Shown here: positions 14,014-27,887 of the stretch, one piece after another
Position numbering within the stretch: position 1 is the stretch's first letter
Layout: each line of letters starts with the position of its first letter
NCBI GenBank assembly: GCA_016748015.1
Contig: JAAOMT010000684.1
Coordinates: forward strand, 248,001-312,000
Reading direction: 5' to 3'
Length of the DNA stretch: 64,000 nucleotides
DNA from: Geosiphon pyriformis uo1
Taxonomy: Eukaryota > Fungi > Glomeromycota
Position numbers and translations under genes: made by a program
Notes under the pieces: model-generated
The model's database searches: none
What the model was told of the DNA's origin: nothing
The model's input: the letters and a program-made list of their open reading frames with translations, nothing else

Positions 14014-15594
14014 TTATGATTTACAAATGGCCTTAAGCGCACGCATTACATCCACCTCAGCAATTACAAAAGTTTCCAAGGGACCAGGACTGTGAATCCT
14101 GTTCTGTAAGTGTGCGTCGACACCACGATAATCAAATACACGATTATTGTCATAACATAATCTGCATCGGAATACCTTAGCTACCGACAAGACTTTATGC
14201 TCGGCAGCGCCTCGCACTGTCCAATAAGGAAGTGGGCGAATACTTTTTTGAACCTCAATAGCTTCACGTCGAAGTTTAGGAATTAGATAGTAGATCAAAA
14301 ATTCTTTTTCCCATCCATTACGTGGATCATTATTCACAAACGGAGGGTTTGTGAAAGAAGAACACCAGTCTATGCAGTCAAATAAGCAATCAGTCGTGGG
14401 AATGACATAGGGTGAAGGCTTAGTCTTTTGAGCTTTCTCTTTCGCTCTTTTTTCGATATGTTTGGGATTTTCACAGTCAAGACTACATCCTTCTGCAATT
14501 GGTATCAATTCCCATATTTGATGAAGAATGTCATCTTGGCGAATTTTTATTGCGATCTCACTTGCAAGGTTTTCGTGTTCAAAGCGCAGCCTTTCTTTGA
14601 ATAAAAGTTGATCTTTTTCTGTGAAAGGCTGATCTAAAAGATCAATTTCTTCTTTGTATGAAGAACATTTTTCAAGAACATCAGGATCGTAAATCGGTGA
14701 ACCATCTTCCTTCATTTCGGTCGAGAACCCTTCAAGTATTGATTCTATTCGTTCTTTGCGCCCTTCGATTAGGTGAACTCTTGCTTCGTCATCAGCAGCA
14801 GTTCGCAATTCAACACTTTCCATAAACAGTTGCAGCCTCTCGATTCTCAAATTATCTACTAGGTCAGCAAGATACTCTTTTGGATTTGTTTCATATTTGA
14901 TAAGTGCTGTTTTAACATCAGTTGTCCAATATCGAGTTTCTTCACCATAAAACCCATTCACAACGATGTAAGGCAAATGAGCGTAAATATTAAAATGTAT
15001 TTGGATTTCATCGGTTGAAGAGGCTTCTTCACTCCAAAGTCCAAAGTCACTATGAAATTACATGTATTTTTAAAGTATTCAATATATAAAAATTCCAACG
15101 AAATATATAGCTCAACTTCGAATATACCTTATCGTCATATCAGCTAGACAATCTTTGCAGCACCTTACTTTAAAAGCCCAATAAACTTTTAAACCAGATT
15201 TTCTTTTACGACAAAACTGGCAACCTTTTTCCAACATAGCAAGCTGAATGTAAGCTGGCTCCTCTAAACCTTCTGGTGGGGGTAATGCTAAGTACGGCCA
15301 AAATGCCAATCTAGAGGTACGCCAAATTTGTTGATTCGATTTTAGAATGGCCCTGAATAATTTACATACTTGTGCCACTATAAAAAGCTCATGAGGTGGA
15401 ATATTTTTGAAGACATCGATAAATAATTCAGGTGGAATAACATGAGTTATCGCTTGGATCGATTGTCCAGCAGAGGTTAAAAATAAAGGCATATTGGTTT
15501 CTTCTTCAATTTGGGTTGATGGAAATGACATTATTGCGTGGTCATTATCATGAAAATTACTGTGGTCATTTGGTGTAGATAAAGGAGCTCCCAT
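14014..15594 (-). CDS. F-box protein with Cys cluster and C-terminal C2H2-like zinc finger, 2 exons
   Basis: F-box IPPELFIDVF..I...EL..VAQVCK.FR..L, then CQFC...W.F..RCC..C. Intron 15050-15127 joins the ORFs in frame. C-terminal FRCRLC..(x)..H....H. Confidence 0.85.
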
Positions 15595-18500
15595 ATTTTT
15601 CAAGGACCTGCTTTATACGTAAAAAATGATGAATGAAAATTTAAAGATGTTTTCCCGAGATTTAAAATCAAACCAAACTTCGCCGTGATTTTGCGGACCA
15701 AAAATGAATGAAGGGATATATTCACATTTTTTGACTTTTTTAGTTTGTAAAATATGCTATTTTATTTTGAAGCAGTTAATCTTGTTCGAAAATGATAAAA
15801 AGAAGATGTTGAGTAACAAACTTGTGGATTAGAAAGATAAATCCAAAGATTTGATTGACTTAGTTGCCCACGCTATAATATAGAATGGCGATGAAATGAA
15901 TACGGGAGGACACCTGAAAGTTACCTTCTATATAGAAAGGTATGAGTTTAGTGATTTTTATATGAAGAACCTACCAGAAAACAGCCAATCGGAAAGACTA
16001 GTGATTTGATCAGCGTTTCACAAACTGACGTTACAAGTCTACTCTGCGATTCGATTTAAAACTCAGAAAATATTTCGTGAAGCTCTCAATGGGGGAGGGG
16101 GGGATTTTTTTTAAAAATAGCTACGTAAAAAACAATGAACTGAACACAGTTATTGTTTGATCTGCAAGATTGAATAGCAAGTGTCCAGAGATTACAAGTT
16201 TGGGAATTAGTTTAAAACAGCCTTCACCAAGAAATATCCAAGTGGTGAATAATGTATTAGTTATTAGTAAAAGTTTACCTAATTTATAGCATTCAAGTTT
16301 AAAGGTTGCAAATTGTATATAATTTTTGAAAATTTTATTGAGTAAAAAGTATTCAGGATTGAAAAAACTGACCTAGTCTTGAACTACTCTTCAAAATTTG
16401 AAAGGGAAAAGTGCTAAAACGATGGTTGAGTCATTAGTTGGTAGAAGTATGTCGCCTTGACTTATGCATCTCAGAATGACATTTCTTTGAACTACCACAT
16501 TATGTTGCACCCTTTTTAGCATTTATTATTAAAATCTGTTATTAAACTTAAGTTTTTATTTGTATAAATAAAAACACCTTAGGGAAAAAAAGTTTTTTTA
16601 TATACAGAATCAAATCGAGTTATATATCATATCATACTTAAAGCCTTATAAATTTTAGTAAGATTTAAGGCTAATAAGAAAACCAGGTGATTCAAAATTG
16701 AAAAATTTCATAAGGTTACAAAAATTCAAAAAGATGAGCCTTAAATAGGATGTCATTTTTTTTCTTCCAACCTCTTAGTAACAAAAATTGTTAATCACCG
16801 ATATGTTTTTAGATACATTTGTCATACTAATAATAAACAAATGGGATAAAGCAAAAAAAGCTAAAATTTTTTATAAGTCTTTTTGTGAATACAATAAATT
16901 AAAATTTGGAATCATTAATTAAAGGTAGCATTTAGAAAAATTTATTTAATAATGTCCAGTTGAAAAATGCAAAATAGCATAGTTGACTTTGAATACTCTG
17001 AATAAATTTTATAAGTGTTTTGTTTTGGGTGGTAGAATTCCATTTTTCAAGAAAAAACCACATTAAAAATAGCTATTGGATCAAAGATTAAATATACAAA
17101 TGCACCGATTTCAAACTTAATTTCGAGGTGAGGGTAAATAATAGGTATGACTGCAGACAAAATGTAAAGAAACGCCAACTTCTTGAAAGCATTGAACTTT
17201 GAATTGGTTAATTTAATTAGATGAGTTGCGCCTAAAAAGCTATCTTAGAGCCAAAAGATAGCTGTAGGTGATAAAGTGAAAGATTTTTAGCTCAGGGTGA
17301 ACCATACCGTAAAATTACGTATTAGAAGAAAGTTATTAGAGGGGTATGATACAATCTATTCCTCAGAATACTTTAGCTGACTAGGAAGTGGCTTGAAATA
17401 AGAAATGTCGATAAAAAAAAATTTTCATTGTGCTGGTCAAAATATATAGCAATGAATCTTGGCTGGCACCATCAATTTCGTGAGGCTCTCGGTACGCAAA
17501 GGTCAGATCAAAAAATAACTTTCTCACTGAGAAAGAAATGGAATTTTGGATTGTTTAAAAGTACTTTCACTTGCTACCAGTAACTCTTTTTAATAAAGCT
17601 ATTGGGCCTTTAAAGTTATATGGTATCTAAATATTCGTAAAAACAGCGAAAATGGAGAAATCCAAATTATAAATTTTGTAAAATGATTTTCAATATTTTG
17701 ATAGATTTGTTGTAAATTTAAGGCTGAGGTCAGATTCATCTAGATTGTAGATTAATTAGTTTCTGGGAGCTTTTTTCCAAAGACATATACAACCAAGTCA
17801 TCAACTTTAAAATGGCTAAAAAATGGTTCGAGAAAACTCAAACTGGTCACCTCAACCCACATTTATTATTTATAGAAATGGGATTAAAAAGGACCTTAGA
17901 GCCTATTCTTATAATTATTGATTGCAACCCGCAACTTCGACAAACACATAAGCTTGTCAATGACTAGGTTTTCTTAAAACCTTTGAGAATTCGGGATCAC
18001 CTATTGAGTTGCAATCCAAATGGCTCGTAATTTACGAAGAATAATCACTATTCTAATACAAGAGCTTTAAATGGTCTATTTATATATCACATCTCAATTC
18101 CCAACAAAAAAGTCAGGGGCATAAGCAAATTTAACGTTTACAAATGAATTCGTGTCATTTACTCTTGGGCCATTTGGAAATGGGAATTATTAAAAGGTGG
18201 ATATTTGTTGCAGCAGGATTGAGATATTGTCTTTATTAAATATCATCAGGAATCACTGGATCATGATAAGTGATGGCTTTAACTATTTAAAACAAGTAAA
18301 AACCTGGTGACCAAAGTTTGTATAATGTTTTTGTAGTTTTTTCTCGCAATAACTATGAGATTCGGCTGATAGGTAATTTTGAAATTTTTGTAAGGAAAAG
18401 TGGGAGATAAAAAAATAAAAGAAAAAATGTCAATAAAGAATATATCATTAAAAACAACTATTTAAAAAGTTCCAAATTAACATATAATGTATATTTGCAA

Positions 18501-19424
18501 ATGTAAATGGCAAGGTTGAAGTGATATATATTATTTTGAGATTCTAAATTAATAGATTTGATTAAAAAAATTTAAGATTTAAGTTAATTATGCAAAATGG
18601 GTTACAATAATAATGCTGTCAAGTTATATATTTAATCTCTTATTAATTAATTTATTTGTTATATATTTTTTATAATACATAATAAACCCTTAATCTAATA
18701 AAATTATAATAATATTTAAAAATAGGTTCAACAAATAAAAATTAGTATCTTCTCAAAATATTTGACACTGAATCTATTTAAAAATATTTAAATAATTTTT
18801 TTTTTATGAAATATAGCAAAAATAAATTATGGTGTTTGGGACAAATGATTTGCAAACCACTCTTGACTTTTGATAAATATAGTTTCATTTAAATAAACCT
18901 TAAGTTATGGTTATTTTGCAAATATTTTGCATTCAAAATATAATAAACCAAGTTTAGTTGGAAGATCAATAAATTCCATGATGTTTAATTTTTTAACATT
19001 GAATTCATTATGCATATGTACTTAATGATGGGATCGTATATTTTTCTATTAGACAGTCACACGAGCCTATTTGTTATTAGCCTGGGATCCCTTTGATGTT
19101 TGAACATTTGTATAACTTAAACTCCCCTTTTAGTCGTTCTGCAAAAGATTTTAAACACTGCAATATTCACAAATGTGAAAACGAACAAGCATTTGCAAAT
19201 TGCTTAACTTATTTTTTTAATATTTTAATAATTCTCAAAAATTAGACTAATTTCATGTTTAATCCAAATTTCAAACCTTTCAATCTCAAACATAAATTTG
19301 AAAGTATATACCTTTTCAAACATCCAAATGGAAAACGAAATCAAAAAATTATATTTTTGTAAATAATTTCAAATTGGATTTAATAAAGTTTCTCGTTCTT
19401 TGAAGAAGAACTTTTTTGATGAAT

Positions 19425-21149
19425 CTAAACTTCCTTTTCGTCAGGATAAAAGAAAAATGCCAAGCCAATGATTGCGTAGGTAGACAGCAACAGTACACCT
19501 TCTAGCCAGTTAGATTTCCCGTCCTTTATGCATAAGATTTTATATAAAAAAATTACTAAAAAAGATTTGAAAGCCATATTTTTGGAAATGAAAAGAATTC
19601 AACAAACCTGAATGAGGTAATTTGTAATCAAAACCGATATAAATAAAATAACAGTTTCGAAAACGTCAAAGAACAATGTCATTGGTTGATGTATAACCCA
19701 TCCCAAAGTTACAAGGAAAGGAGTCACGAAAAGGGCAATTTGCTATAAAATAAATAAGAAAATTTACATGGGTGGTCAAAAATTGCTCATTCAAAAGTAC
19801 CTAAATGGCATACCATGGAACTACCCGCGGCAACGCCAATTGCCAGGTCCATTTTGTTTTTCATAGCAACTGAAACAGCAGTGACGTGCTAGAATAAAGG
19901 ATTTTTAAATAACGAGTAAAATTGATGAAGTTCCATTTACGAATCTAAATTCTTACCTCAGCGGCATTCCCCACAATCGGAAGTAGAATTAAACCAACAA
20001 ATGTTTTGCTTAATCCTGAACTCTCGACGATACCTTCTATTGAGCCAACTAGATATTCGGCACAAATAGCAACAATGACTGTGCTGCCTGCTAGTAAACC
20101 AAGAGAAATCGGTAATGTCAGTTTTGCTTCTTCTGACTCCTCATTTTCATCATCACCAGATTCAGCGTCATAAAGATGGGCATGTGTTTTCAACTAATAG
20201 GAAGAATTAAAAAATAATGAACTTTAGCGAAGCTAAACAAAAAATTATTGTTTTTTGATAGATTACCTGGAAAAACAAATAAAACCCATAAATAACTAGC
20301 AATATAATGGCTGTCCCATGGCTAAGTTTCAAAATTTCTTCTTCTGTCCGTGTATTATCGTCGTCTCGAGCTTCCAGAGCAGCATTAAAGGAAGCAGGAA
20401 TAATGAGAGCGATGCAAGCAAGTGTCATTAAGCTTGAGCTCGTTTGAGCTGCTGTCTGGTTAAATGATTGCTCATTATATTTGAGTCCGCCGAAAAAAAA
20501 GCACATCCCCAAGACCAGTAAGAGGTTGGAGATAATAGAGCCCAAAATAGAAGCTTGTACAACTCGAACTTGGCCTTGAGTGAGCGCGAAAATTGAAATT
20601 ATTAATTCGACAGCATTGCCAAAGGTTGCGTTTAAGAGACCTCCAATTGTCTATAAGAGGAAAGGGTTTTTAAATGATGAGTAAGGACTCCGAAGAAGCT
20701 TGTAAATCATGCGACGTTAATGACGGAGTAATTGACAATTCGTATATGGCCAACGGACCTGCCCCACGCGAATTGCTATATCTTCGGTAGCAAACCCTAA
20801 TAATTTAGCAAGTGGAATAATGGCGAGAAAGTTTAGGGTGAAAACCCAAGTATCGCTCAAATTGAAGAAATGGGCGAGGATTCCGAATGGAATGAAAATT
20901 AAGAGAAAATTGGTTGGAGAAGCTTTCACGATCGCATTGAGAGATTTTAAAACAGTTGGCTCTGATTGATTGTGGTATCCGCCCGAATTCGGGGTTTGAA
21001 TCAAACGTGATCTTTCATTACTTGCTTTAAGTTAGGAAATACCAAAATAAAAGTATTCATTTCAAGTTAGAGTTAGGATCATGAGTTCACAGACTTAAGA
21101 TCAAATTACAATAAAAACTGCATTCTTTAGGAAACAGAGACTTACACAT
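19425..21149 (-). CDS. VCX1: Vacuolar Ca2+/H+ antiporter (CAX family)
   Basis: Alpha repeats [11 protein letters not shown] and [27 protein letters not shown] followed by an acidic loop, C-terminal DGKSNWLEG...YP. The first coding exon is only ATGT (21149-21146), giving [10 protein letters not shown]. Confidence 0.93.
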
Positions 21150-21630
21150 TATGCTTCTTTTAATTTGAACAGCAAAAGGAAAACGTAAAAATTCCAGGAG
21201 ACGAGAATTGAAGATATATAGGCAAAACCAGATTATCATAACTGATTTTGGATATTTATGTTCGGCAATTAAAACGGTAAAATAGAAGCTTCTTTCAAAG
21301 TGTAACCAATGCGCCTTTACTCCTATTACAAACCTGTTTAGAGCTAAGGAAGGATTCAGCCTTTGCGAAATTCGGGTATTATCTTTATAAATATTACAAC
21401 ATGCTTCTTTTCATTGTAATAATTTTCTCAAATTCAGCGTTTCCCATCAAAATATTTTGTAACGCACTGGATTTTGTGACCGCAATAAACAAATTTTTCA
21501 TCACAGAATTATCGGCCGAAGATTTTCAAATAAATCATCTGCCATAAGCTTTACAAGATAGCCTATCAACTAAGTAAAATATGGTTTTAATAACTTATAA
21601 TTAACAATTGGACATCTTTACAGGTTTAAG

Positions 21631-21702
21631 GCGTTGGTGGTGTAGTGGTTAGCATGCATGCCTTCCAAGCACGCGTCCCGGGTTCGATTCCCGGTCAACG
21701 CA
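21631..21702 (+). tRNA. tRNA-Gly (anticodon TCC), intronless
   Basis: Acceptor GCGTTGG/TCAACGC, D-loop AGTGGTTA, anticodon loop CTTCCAA, T-arm CCGGG-TTCGATT-CCCGG, discriminator A. Confidence 0.95.
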
Positions 21703-21886
21703 TTGCCTCGAGCACTTTCTATTATAGAAGCTTGATCAATAAATATCCAAATTATCAATTTTTAAATTTGAATTCCTTTATCAGCTCATTAAATTACATT
21801 AAATTACGTTAAAGTCAAAATTATGTTGGAAAAAAAACTCATTTCTTAATTTTCATTTTTAAGAAAAGGCTTTTATATTTTTGAAA

Positions 21887-23712
21887 TCAGTAATTTCTCG
21901 ATAAAATTTTATCTGCATTAATTCCTGATCTTGGTATAAACTTCAATTTATGATTTGGTGCATCTAAATCCAATCCATGTGGGTCCCCTGTCATGTTTAA
22001 TTCGACATAATTACCAGTTTTTATATCAATTTCACGTTCAATGGTAAAAAAAGTAAGCGTATAGCAAACAATTGTACACAAAAGACGTTCAGACAACTCT
22101 TGACCTATGCAGGCTTGAGGGCCTTTGCTCCAAATCCAAGGATTTTTCCAATCATCTGATTCCAATAAATTTCCATTCTCGTCAAGGAAGCGTTCTGGAA
22201 TAAACCGGTTCGGCCTGTCAAAGAGTGCTGGGCTAAAATGTGTGGGGTAGGTGTTGACAAGAATGGTACTTTTACCGGGAATATGATATCCACGATATAC
22301 ATTATTAACAGTGATGGCATGGGGTACTGTCAGAAAACCTAATGGTCTGAAATATTAGTTCCAAAAAGCTATTTTAGCTAATCAAAAGAGTAAATAAGCA
22401 CAATTCCAAAAAATTTTAAAAAGATATTACCTGAACCGAATGCATTCCTTTATAACGGCACGCAAGTATGGTAATTTAACATAGTCCTTAGGATTGGGGA
22501 ATTGACCTTGGCCAATTAATTTATAAAGCTCACGCTGAATTTTATATTGTACTGTAGGAAGAAAGGAAAGTTGAGCGAATATCCATCTTTGTTGAGATAC
22601 TGTAGCACCGGTCCCTCCAAATAGAAACAATGCAATTAAATGTAATGAATCGTATTCATCAAAAGTCTGATAGTCATTATACTGGAAGCGATTCTCTTCA
22701 ATAGATTCTCGTATTGGAGGTAATAAAGTGAATCTTTCAGAAATTTGTTTTTGGTTTTTTATTGCTTTAAGAATATGGGCTGCAAAACAATGTTGACGAC
22801 CCTTTGCAACTGTAACACGCTGGCGAAGATCCATGATTAATTCATTAGCCATCTCATCTAATCGTTTCCTAGCTTTAATATCATACGGTTTATGTTTTCC
22901 AACAGGAAGAGTTTTCGAAGCCCATGAAAAAACACTATTTAATTTGCTATTGACATCCATTGCATAGGATTCGGCAAGAGAATTATAAAATCTTTTAAAT
23001 GTTGGAACTGTTAATTCTGATCGACTTCCATATGTTATTGATGCTAATGTGTTTAGTACACAAATTCTAAGGTCGTAAGTTGGTTCAATGGGTCTTGAGG
23101 AGGTCTTAAGTAGTCGATACATAAAGTGTTTGACTTCACGATGTATGATATTTTGATAATAAGTGTTAACAATATATCCTGTTATTGCCTTATTTGTTAG
23201 AGAACGCATGGTACGCCAATAAGTTCTGTCCTGTAAATAAAATATATATATATTAGCAAAATGAAAAGTTTTGGAAATTAATTAAATCTTTGAAGCTTAC
23301 AGGTGCCAGGTCATTGTATTGTAGGGAGATTTCTTTCGGATTATTATGGGACTGCGAGAGAGATATGAAAAAATTACTAATAAGAAGCCCAAAATTTTGG
23401 AAACCAAATCTACAAACTTACTAAACGAGAGGAGTAAATAACACCACCCCTAATTACTAAATCGTTTACAATTTGGTCGTCATTCACGATAGTGTATAAT
23501 TGTAAGCCTATACGTATCTCAAAAACTGGACCATATTTTCCAGCCATCTGATTGAAGGCAACATGGATTGGGTTAGAGATTTGATGTAAATTTCCAATAT
23601 ATCGTAATGGATGAGGACCAGGAAGTTTTTTTAGAAATTCTTGGGAGTCAATGGTTTGATGTTTCTTTTTACGGAAAAAAGGGAAAGTGCCTTTAATGGT
23701 AGGTTTGCCCAT
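21887..23712 (-). CDS. Cytochrome P450 with non-canonical motifs, 4 exons, apparently intact
   Basis: LPGPHPL..IGNL hinge, WRTMR (C-helix), ECIR (ExxR), FIPERF, and heme ligand region WSKGPQACIG. Three GT-AG introns, including a 51-nt micro-exon at ~23301-23351, give one open frame. Confidence 0.88.
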
Positions 23713-26126
23713 AATATTTGAGAAGAGGAAAATAAAAAATATTTATATGAAAAAAGAAAGTTAAATAGTTGGTAGAGGATGGAGAATTGGCGGAAAAAGG
23801 GAATGTAGATGTTGGGAGGGAAAAAGCTAAAGTTTGTCATATTATTGTATCTGATGTTTCACAGAAAATTTTAGTTGTGGGTTTAACTCCGCCACAACCT
23901 TGAAGTATATTTTTTTTCATGTTTAAGCAATAGTCCATTATTTGAGAAACCGTTTTTCCTTTTGGGTTATTTTGACCTTGGGGAAAATTTTTACTGATTG
24001 GTTTTCACTTTATAAATACGACATCAAATAAATTTCATTTAAATAGTGCAACATTACATATGCCCATATGGTTTGCAAGACGTAAATCAATTGAAAATTG
24101 AAAACTTATGAGAAAACTACACTTCTATAGTTTGATCTTACCATAGCCCTTTTTTTTTGAAACTTGTAGCATTGATTGCCTTTGAGCTTTGAAAAGATTG
24201 ATTCTAATATTTAGGATTAAAAAATGGCAGATGGAAAATCTTTTTTTCCAGGAACAGATAGTGTTTTTGTGATTTAAAAATCAATGAAACGGTTTGTGAA
24301 TAACTGGTCTAAAAAAAGAAAAAACTTAAAATCGATATAAAATATATTTGATAGATTTTATTTTCCCGAACTGCAATACAGGATTTGAGTTAGAGAACGT
24401 TCTTTTCACAAGCTGAATATTTATTAAGGCAGAATCTGTTATAATAAGATAATTTTTTGAAATATTTTGTTATTTTTTTTTAATTTGTGTCTAAATTAAG
24501 CATAATAATATCAGCCATTGTTATCTAAAGTAAACCGATAAATCCTTTGATATTAAGTATTCACCATTTTTCTGCTAGCATGAATTCAATTTGTAACAAA
24601 CCTCAATAAGAATAATCCGAAATAACTTTTTCCCCAATTCAGTTTCATCATTGAAACAGCTAAAAATTCTGAAATTGAGATAAATATTGTGTTACTGTTT
24701 TGTTGATAATTTGATGTTTTAGAAATTCAATTTTTTTTTTAATTTTCATATATAGAAGAAGTATAATTTTTAATCTGTTCCTGCCCATTTGGTTCACTTT
24801 TATTTGCTTATATTTTTATTAATGAATCCTCAATGGCTTCAACAAAAATAATATGTAATGGTGCATCAGACTAATCAATTTAAGTAGAGTCAATGAGTGT
24901 TTGATCGATGTAATTTGTTTATATAACTTAAAATTATTAAAATTAGATTTTTAGTTTGATGTACCCCATAATCATATTTTTTATTGAGATATAAATAGCA
25001 AAACCAAGAAAAATATTGTTTTTATGTTTAGTTTTATCAATTTTAAAAAAATTAAAAAGGAAACCTTTTTAATTAAAATGAGTATTAAAATTTTTGGATT
25101 TTTATTAAATAAACAAAAATAATTTAAAAATATTATATATTAACATTTGTATTATATTTTGAGAATGAGTATTATAAAAATTTTAGTAAATAATTACTTG
25201 AATATTTTAATTTTAATATTTTATCATTTTTATTATTGTGATATTAATTTATAAATAAAAAATATTAATATTTTAATAGTCTTTTAAAACATTCATTAAT
25301 TTTTAAAATTAAATATGGTCAATCAAAAGATTAACAAACAATCTTTAATATTATGCAAATTGCAAAACTTGTCATAATATTTAATTTGATTCTTTCTTAA
25401 TTTATAATTCAAGTGTAAAAAGGCAAAATAAAAATTTATATCCTTAATTCTTAAGAATATCTTTCGATTGGATTGATTGATTTAATATTTTTGACAGCAA
25501 ACAGATTTTTGCAAGGAATTTTTTTTTCCTTAGGTTTCAATGATACCATCTGAGAAATAGCAGAAAAGCTAAATTTAGCAAAACTTGGACTGTTTAAATA
25601 CTAAAAAGGTATGTCATTCTAGAAATACAGTAAATATTTACTTGTACAATTATGTATCATCATGCACCCAAGTGTTTTATAGAAAATCAATAATGAGCTC
25701 TGGGAAAAACGTATGATGCAGTTTGGAAATGAGGCCAAATTAATAGAAATTTTAAATTTTTAAATCAAAAGAATAAACGGTCTTGGCTAAAAAATTTTTA
25801 AATGTAAACGCCAAAATTTTCGGGAGTTTAAAATGGGAATCACTTAAAATTAGACTGGAATTTGAACTTTCTATGTAGAATCAAAGAATATCTTATCAGC
25901 TCAAGGAGCTCCATGTAATCATTCTAACCCAAAACTTTTTTTATTTGTCAGATTGTGTGGCAACAAATAAAACAATCGGCAATACTACCGGTTGTATGAC
26001 TACATTTCTTGGCAGAATAAGTAAATTGAGATTTTCCTTTAAATTGCCCTCTGAATTCACGATGCTAATATTGTACATTTCAAAATATTAATTTCTTCTT
26101 TGAAAATTTTCCAAGTTCAACCAGTA

Positions 26127-26948
26127 ATGACAGAAAGTATGCCACTAACAGAGTTGCAAAATGGTGACAGAAGATTTTTGGATGAAACTACTGCTATCGA
26201 CCAGGATATAACAACAATAAGGTCTAATATTGAACGTATCAGTCAAATTCAGAATCAAATGCTACGCAGTACTTCGAATGCACAAGAAACTGAATATAAT
26301 GAAGAAATAGAACCTTTAACAGTTAACACAAAGACGTTACTCATACAAGTTAAAGATAAAATAAAAAACATTGAAAGAGAAAACTTAAGACTGTCACCTC
26401 AGAGCAAATACGGACCTCTTAGAGAAAAACAACATAAAAGGCTTCAAGAAAAGTTTACCAATGCACTCAGGGAGTACCAAACTGTGGAGCAATCCTATAT
26501 GCAATCACAAAAGGAAAAAATTACAAGACAATACCGGATTGTAAATCCTAATGCAACACAAGAAGAAATCGATAACTACGTTTCAAACCCTTCAAGTCAA
26601 CCCGTGTTTCAGCAAGCACTACTAAGATCAGGGGAAGCTCGGGCTGCTGCTGCTGAAGTACAGAAACGTCATGATGACATTAAACAAATTGAACAAACTA
26701 TATCAGAAATATTAGACTTAACGACAGAAATGGCTTTAATTGTTGATGCTCAGGACGAAGTAATTGTTGATATTGGCGAAAATATTGATAATGCCAACAA
26801 CAAATTGCAGAATGGAAATAATCAAATCACACAAGCACAAAAACTTGCGCTTGCCGCCAGAAGACGAAAATGGATTATATTTATAATTCTTCTTCTCATT
26901 ATAGCTGGTGCTGTTGCTGCTGTACTTGTAGTTTTTCTTAGAAAATAA
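26127..26948 (+). CDS. Plasma-membrane syntaxin (Qa-SNARE, Sso1/Sso2-like)
   Basis: Habc helices, RQYRIVNPNAT.EEI, F.QALL..., SNARE motif RH.DI..IE..I.E...L...MA..V..Q, ARRRKW followed by a C-terminal TM helix. Start taken at the first ATG; upstream exons not excluded. Confidence 0.93.
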   Translation: MTESMPLTELQNGDRRFLDETTAIDQDITTIRSNIERISQIQNQMLRSTSNAQETEYNEEIEPLTVNTKTLLIQVKDKIKNIERENLRLSPQSKYGPLREKQHKRLQEKFTNALREYQTVEQSYMQSQKEKITRQYRIVNPNATQEEIDNYVSNPSSQPVFQQALLRSGEARAAAAEVQKRHDDIKQIEQTISEILDLTTEMALIVDAQDEVIVDIGENIDNANNKLQNGNNQITQAQKLALAARRRKWIIFIILLLIIAGAVAAVLVVFLRK

Positions 26949-27887
26949 CCTTTTATATCATTTCCCTCAAGATTATTTACATTAGTCATTATGCTTGAAA
27001 TTAACCTTGAATAAATCATTTGTAAATTAATTTCATCCTAAATTACTAATTAGTAGTAATTCTTTTGAAAAACAATTTTATTTCAAACTGAGATAGAAAT
27101 CACGCTTACATTATTTTTAGATTGATTGTTAGACCATCCCTGCATTACTATATCATCCAATCATGTTATGACGAAAGTCGAACGTTCTAGCAAATACAGA
27201 TAATTTAAAAAGGAAATGCTTTCTAATAAGCTGGGTTTTAATGCACTTTGACTTCATTCAATAGTAAGTCTCACTTTTCAAAGTCGGGCTAATTTCATTT
27301 CCGATACGGGTAAAACTAAAGCTATGTAATTAAATTTTGGCTGGTATGCACGCTTTCCACTTCACATGATATTTATATCTATCATATATTCTGAATATTT
27401 TTCATTGATATTTTAATCTATTTCTTGAAATTTCTTGAGAGAGATCTAAATTTGGTGTAGTTGCGAAAATGAGTAAACTCTGCTTTTCAATTTTGAGCCG
27501 TTAATGATTTGTTAATTTTTTTTGAATAATTAACAGCATTTATTGGTAATTTGATGTAATTCCCTCTTGAATTGTCCTCAATAAAATGGTTTTCCTCTCA
27601 TGCGTTTGAAAGAACAAAAATGATGATCCAAGTACTGTCAGAGTGAGTGATTGATTGATTGATCAAAGCTAGCCCTTACGATTGATGAAATCAATTTTTT
27701 CGCCAAGAAATCACCAAAGAAAGTTTTCAAGAAGAAGCTAAGCGCATAATTAATGTCTTTATAAAATAAATAAAAATCCTTCGCAAAAAGTAATGGCATC
27801 AAGCCAACTTGCCTTCCCATCTCAAATAATCATTGTGCGATTCGACGAGACTACAGTTTCTTAATCAGATCATTGCCTTAGACTTTC

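Noticed and set aside
17000-18300. Moderately GC-rich intergenic stretch with a small hairpin (AGCTATCTT/AAGATAGCT, ~17238-17263)
   Set aside because: No sustained frame or motif; a 9-bp stem is expected by chance.
21631-21702. tRNA-Gly as a pseudogene or SINE head (one A-C mismatch in the anticodon stem, no immediate T-run)
   Set aside because: All other stems and the A/B boxes are canonical and a T5 run lies ~55 nt downstream; treated as a normal tRNA.
23631-23840. Hydrophobic ORF upstream of the P450 as its membrane-anchor exon
   Set aside because: Different frame, no usable GT donor seen; looks like a pyrimidine-rich 5' UTR. A single-base assembly error cannot be excluded.
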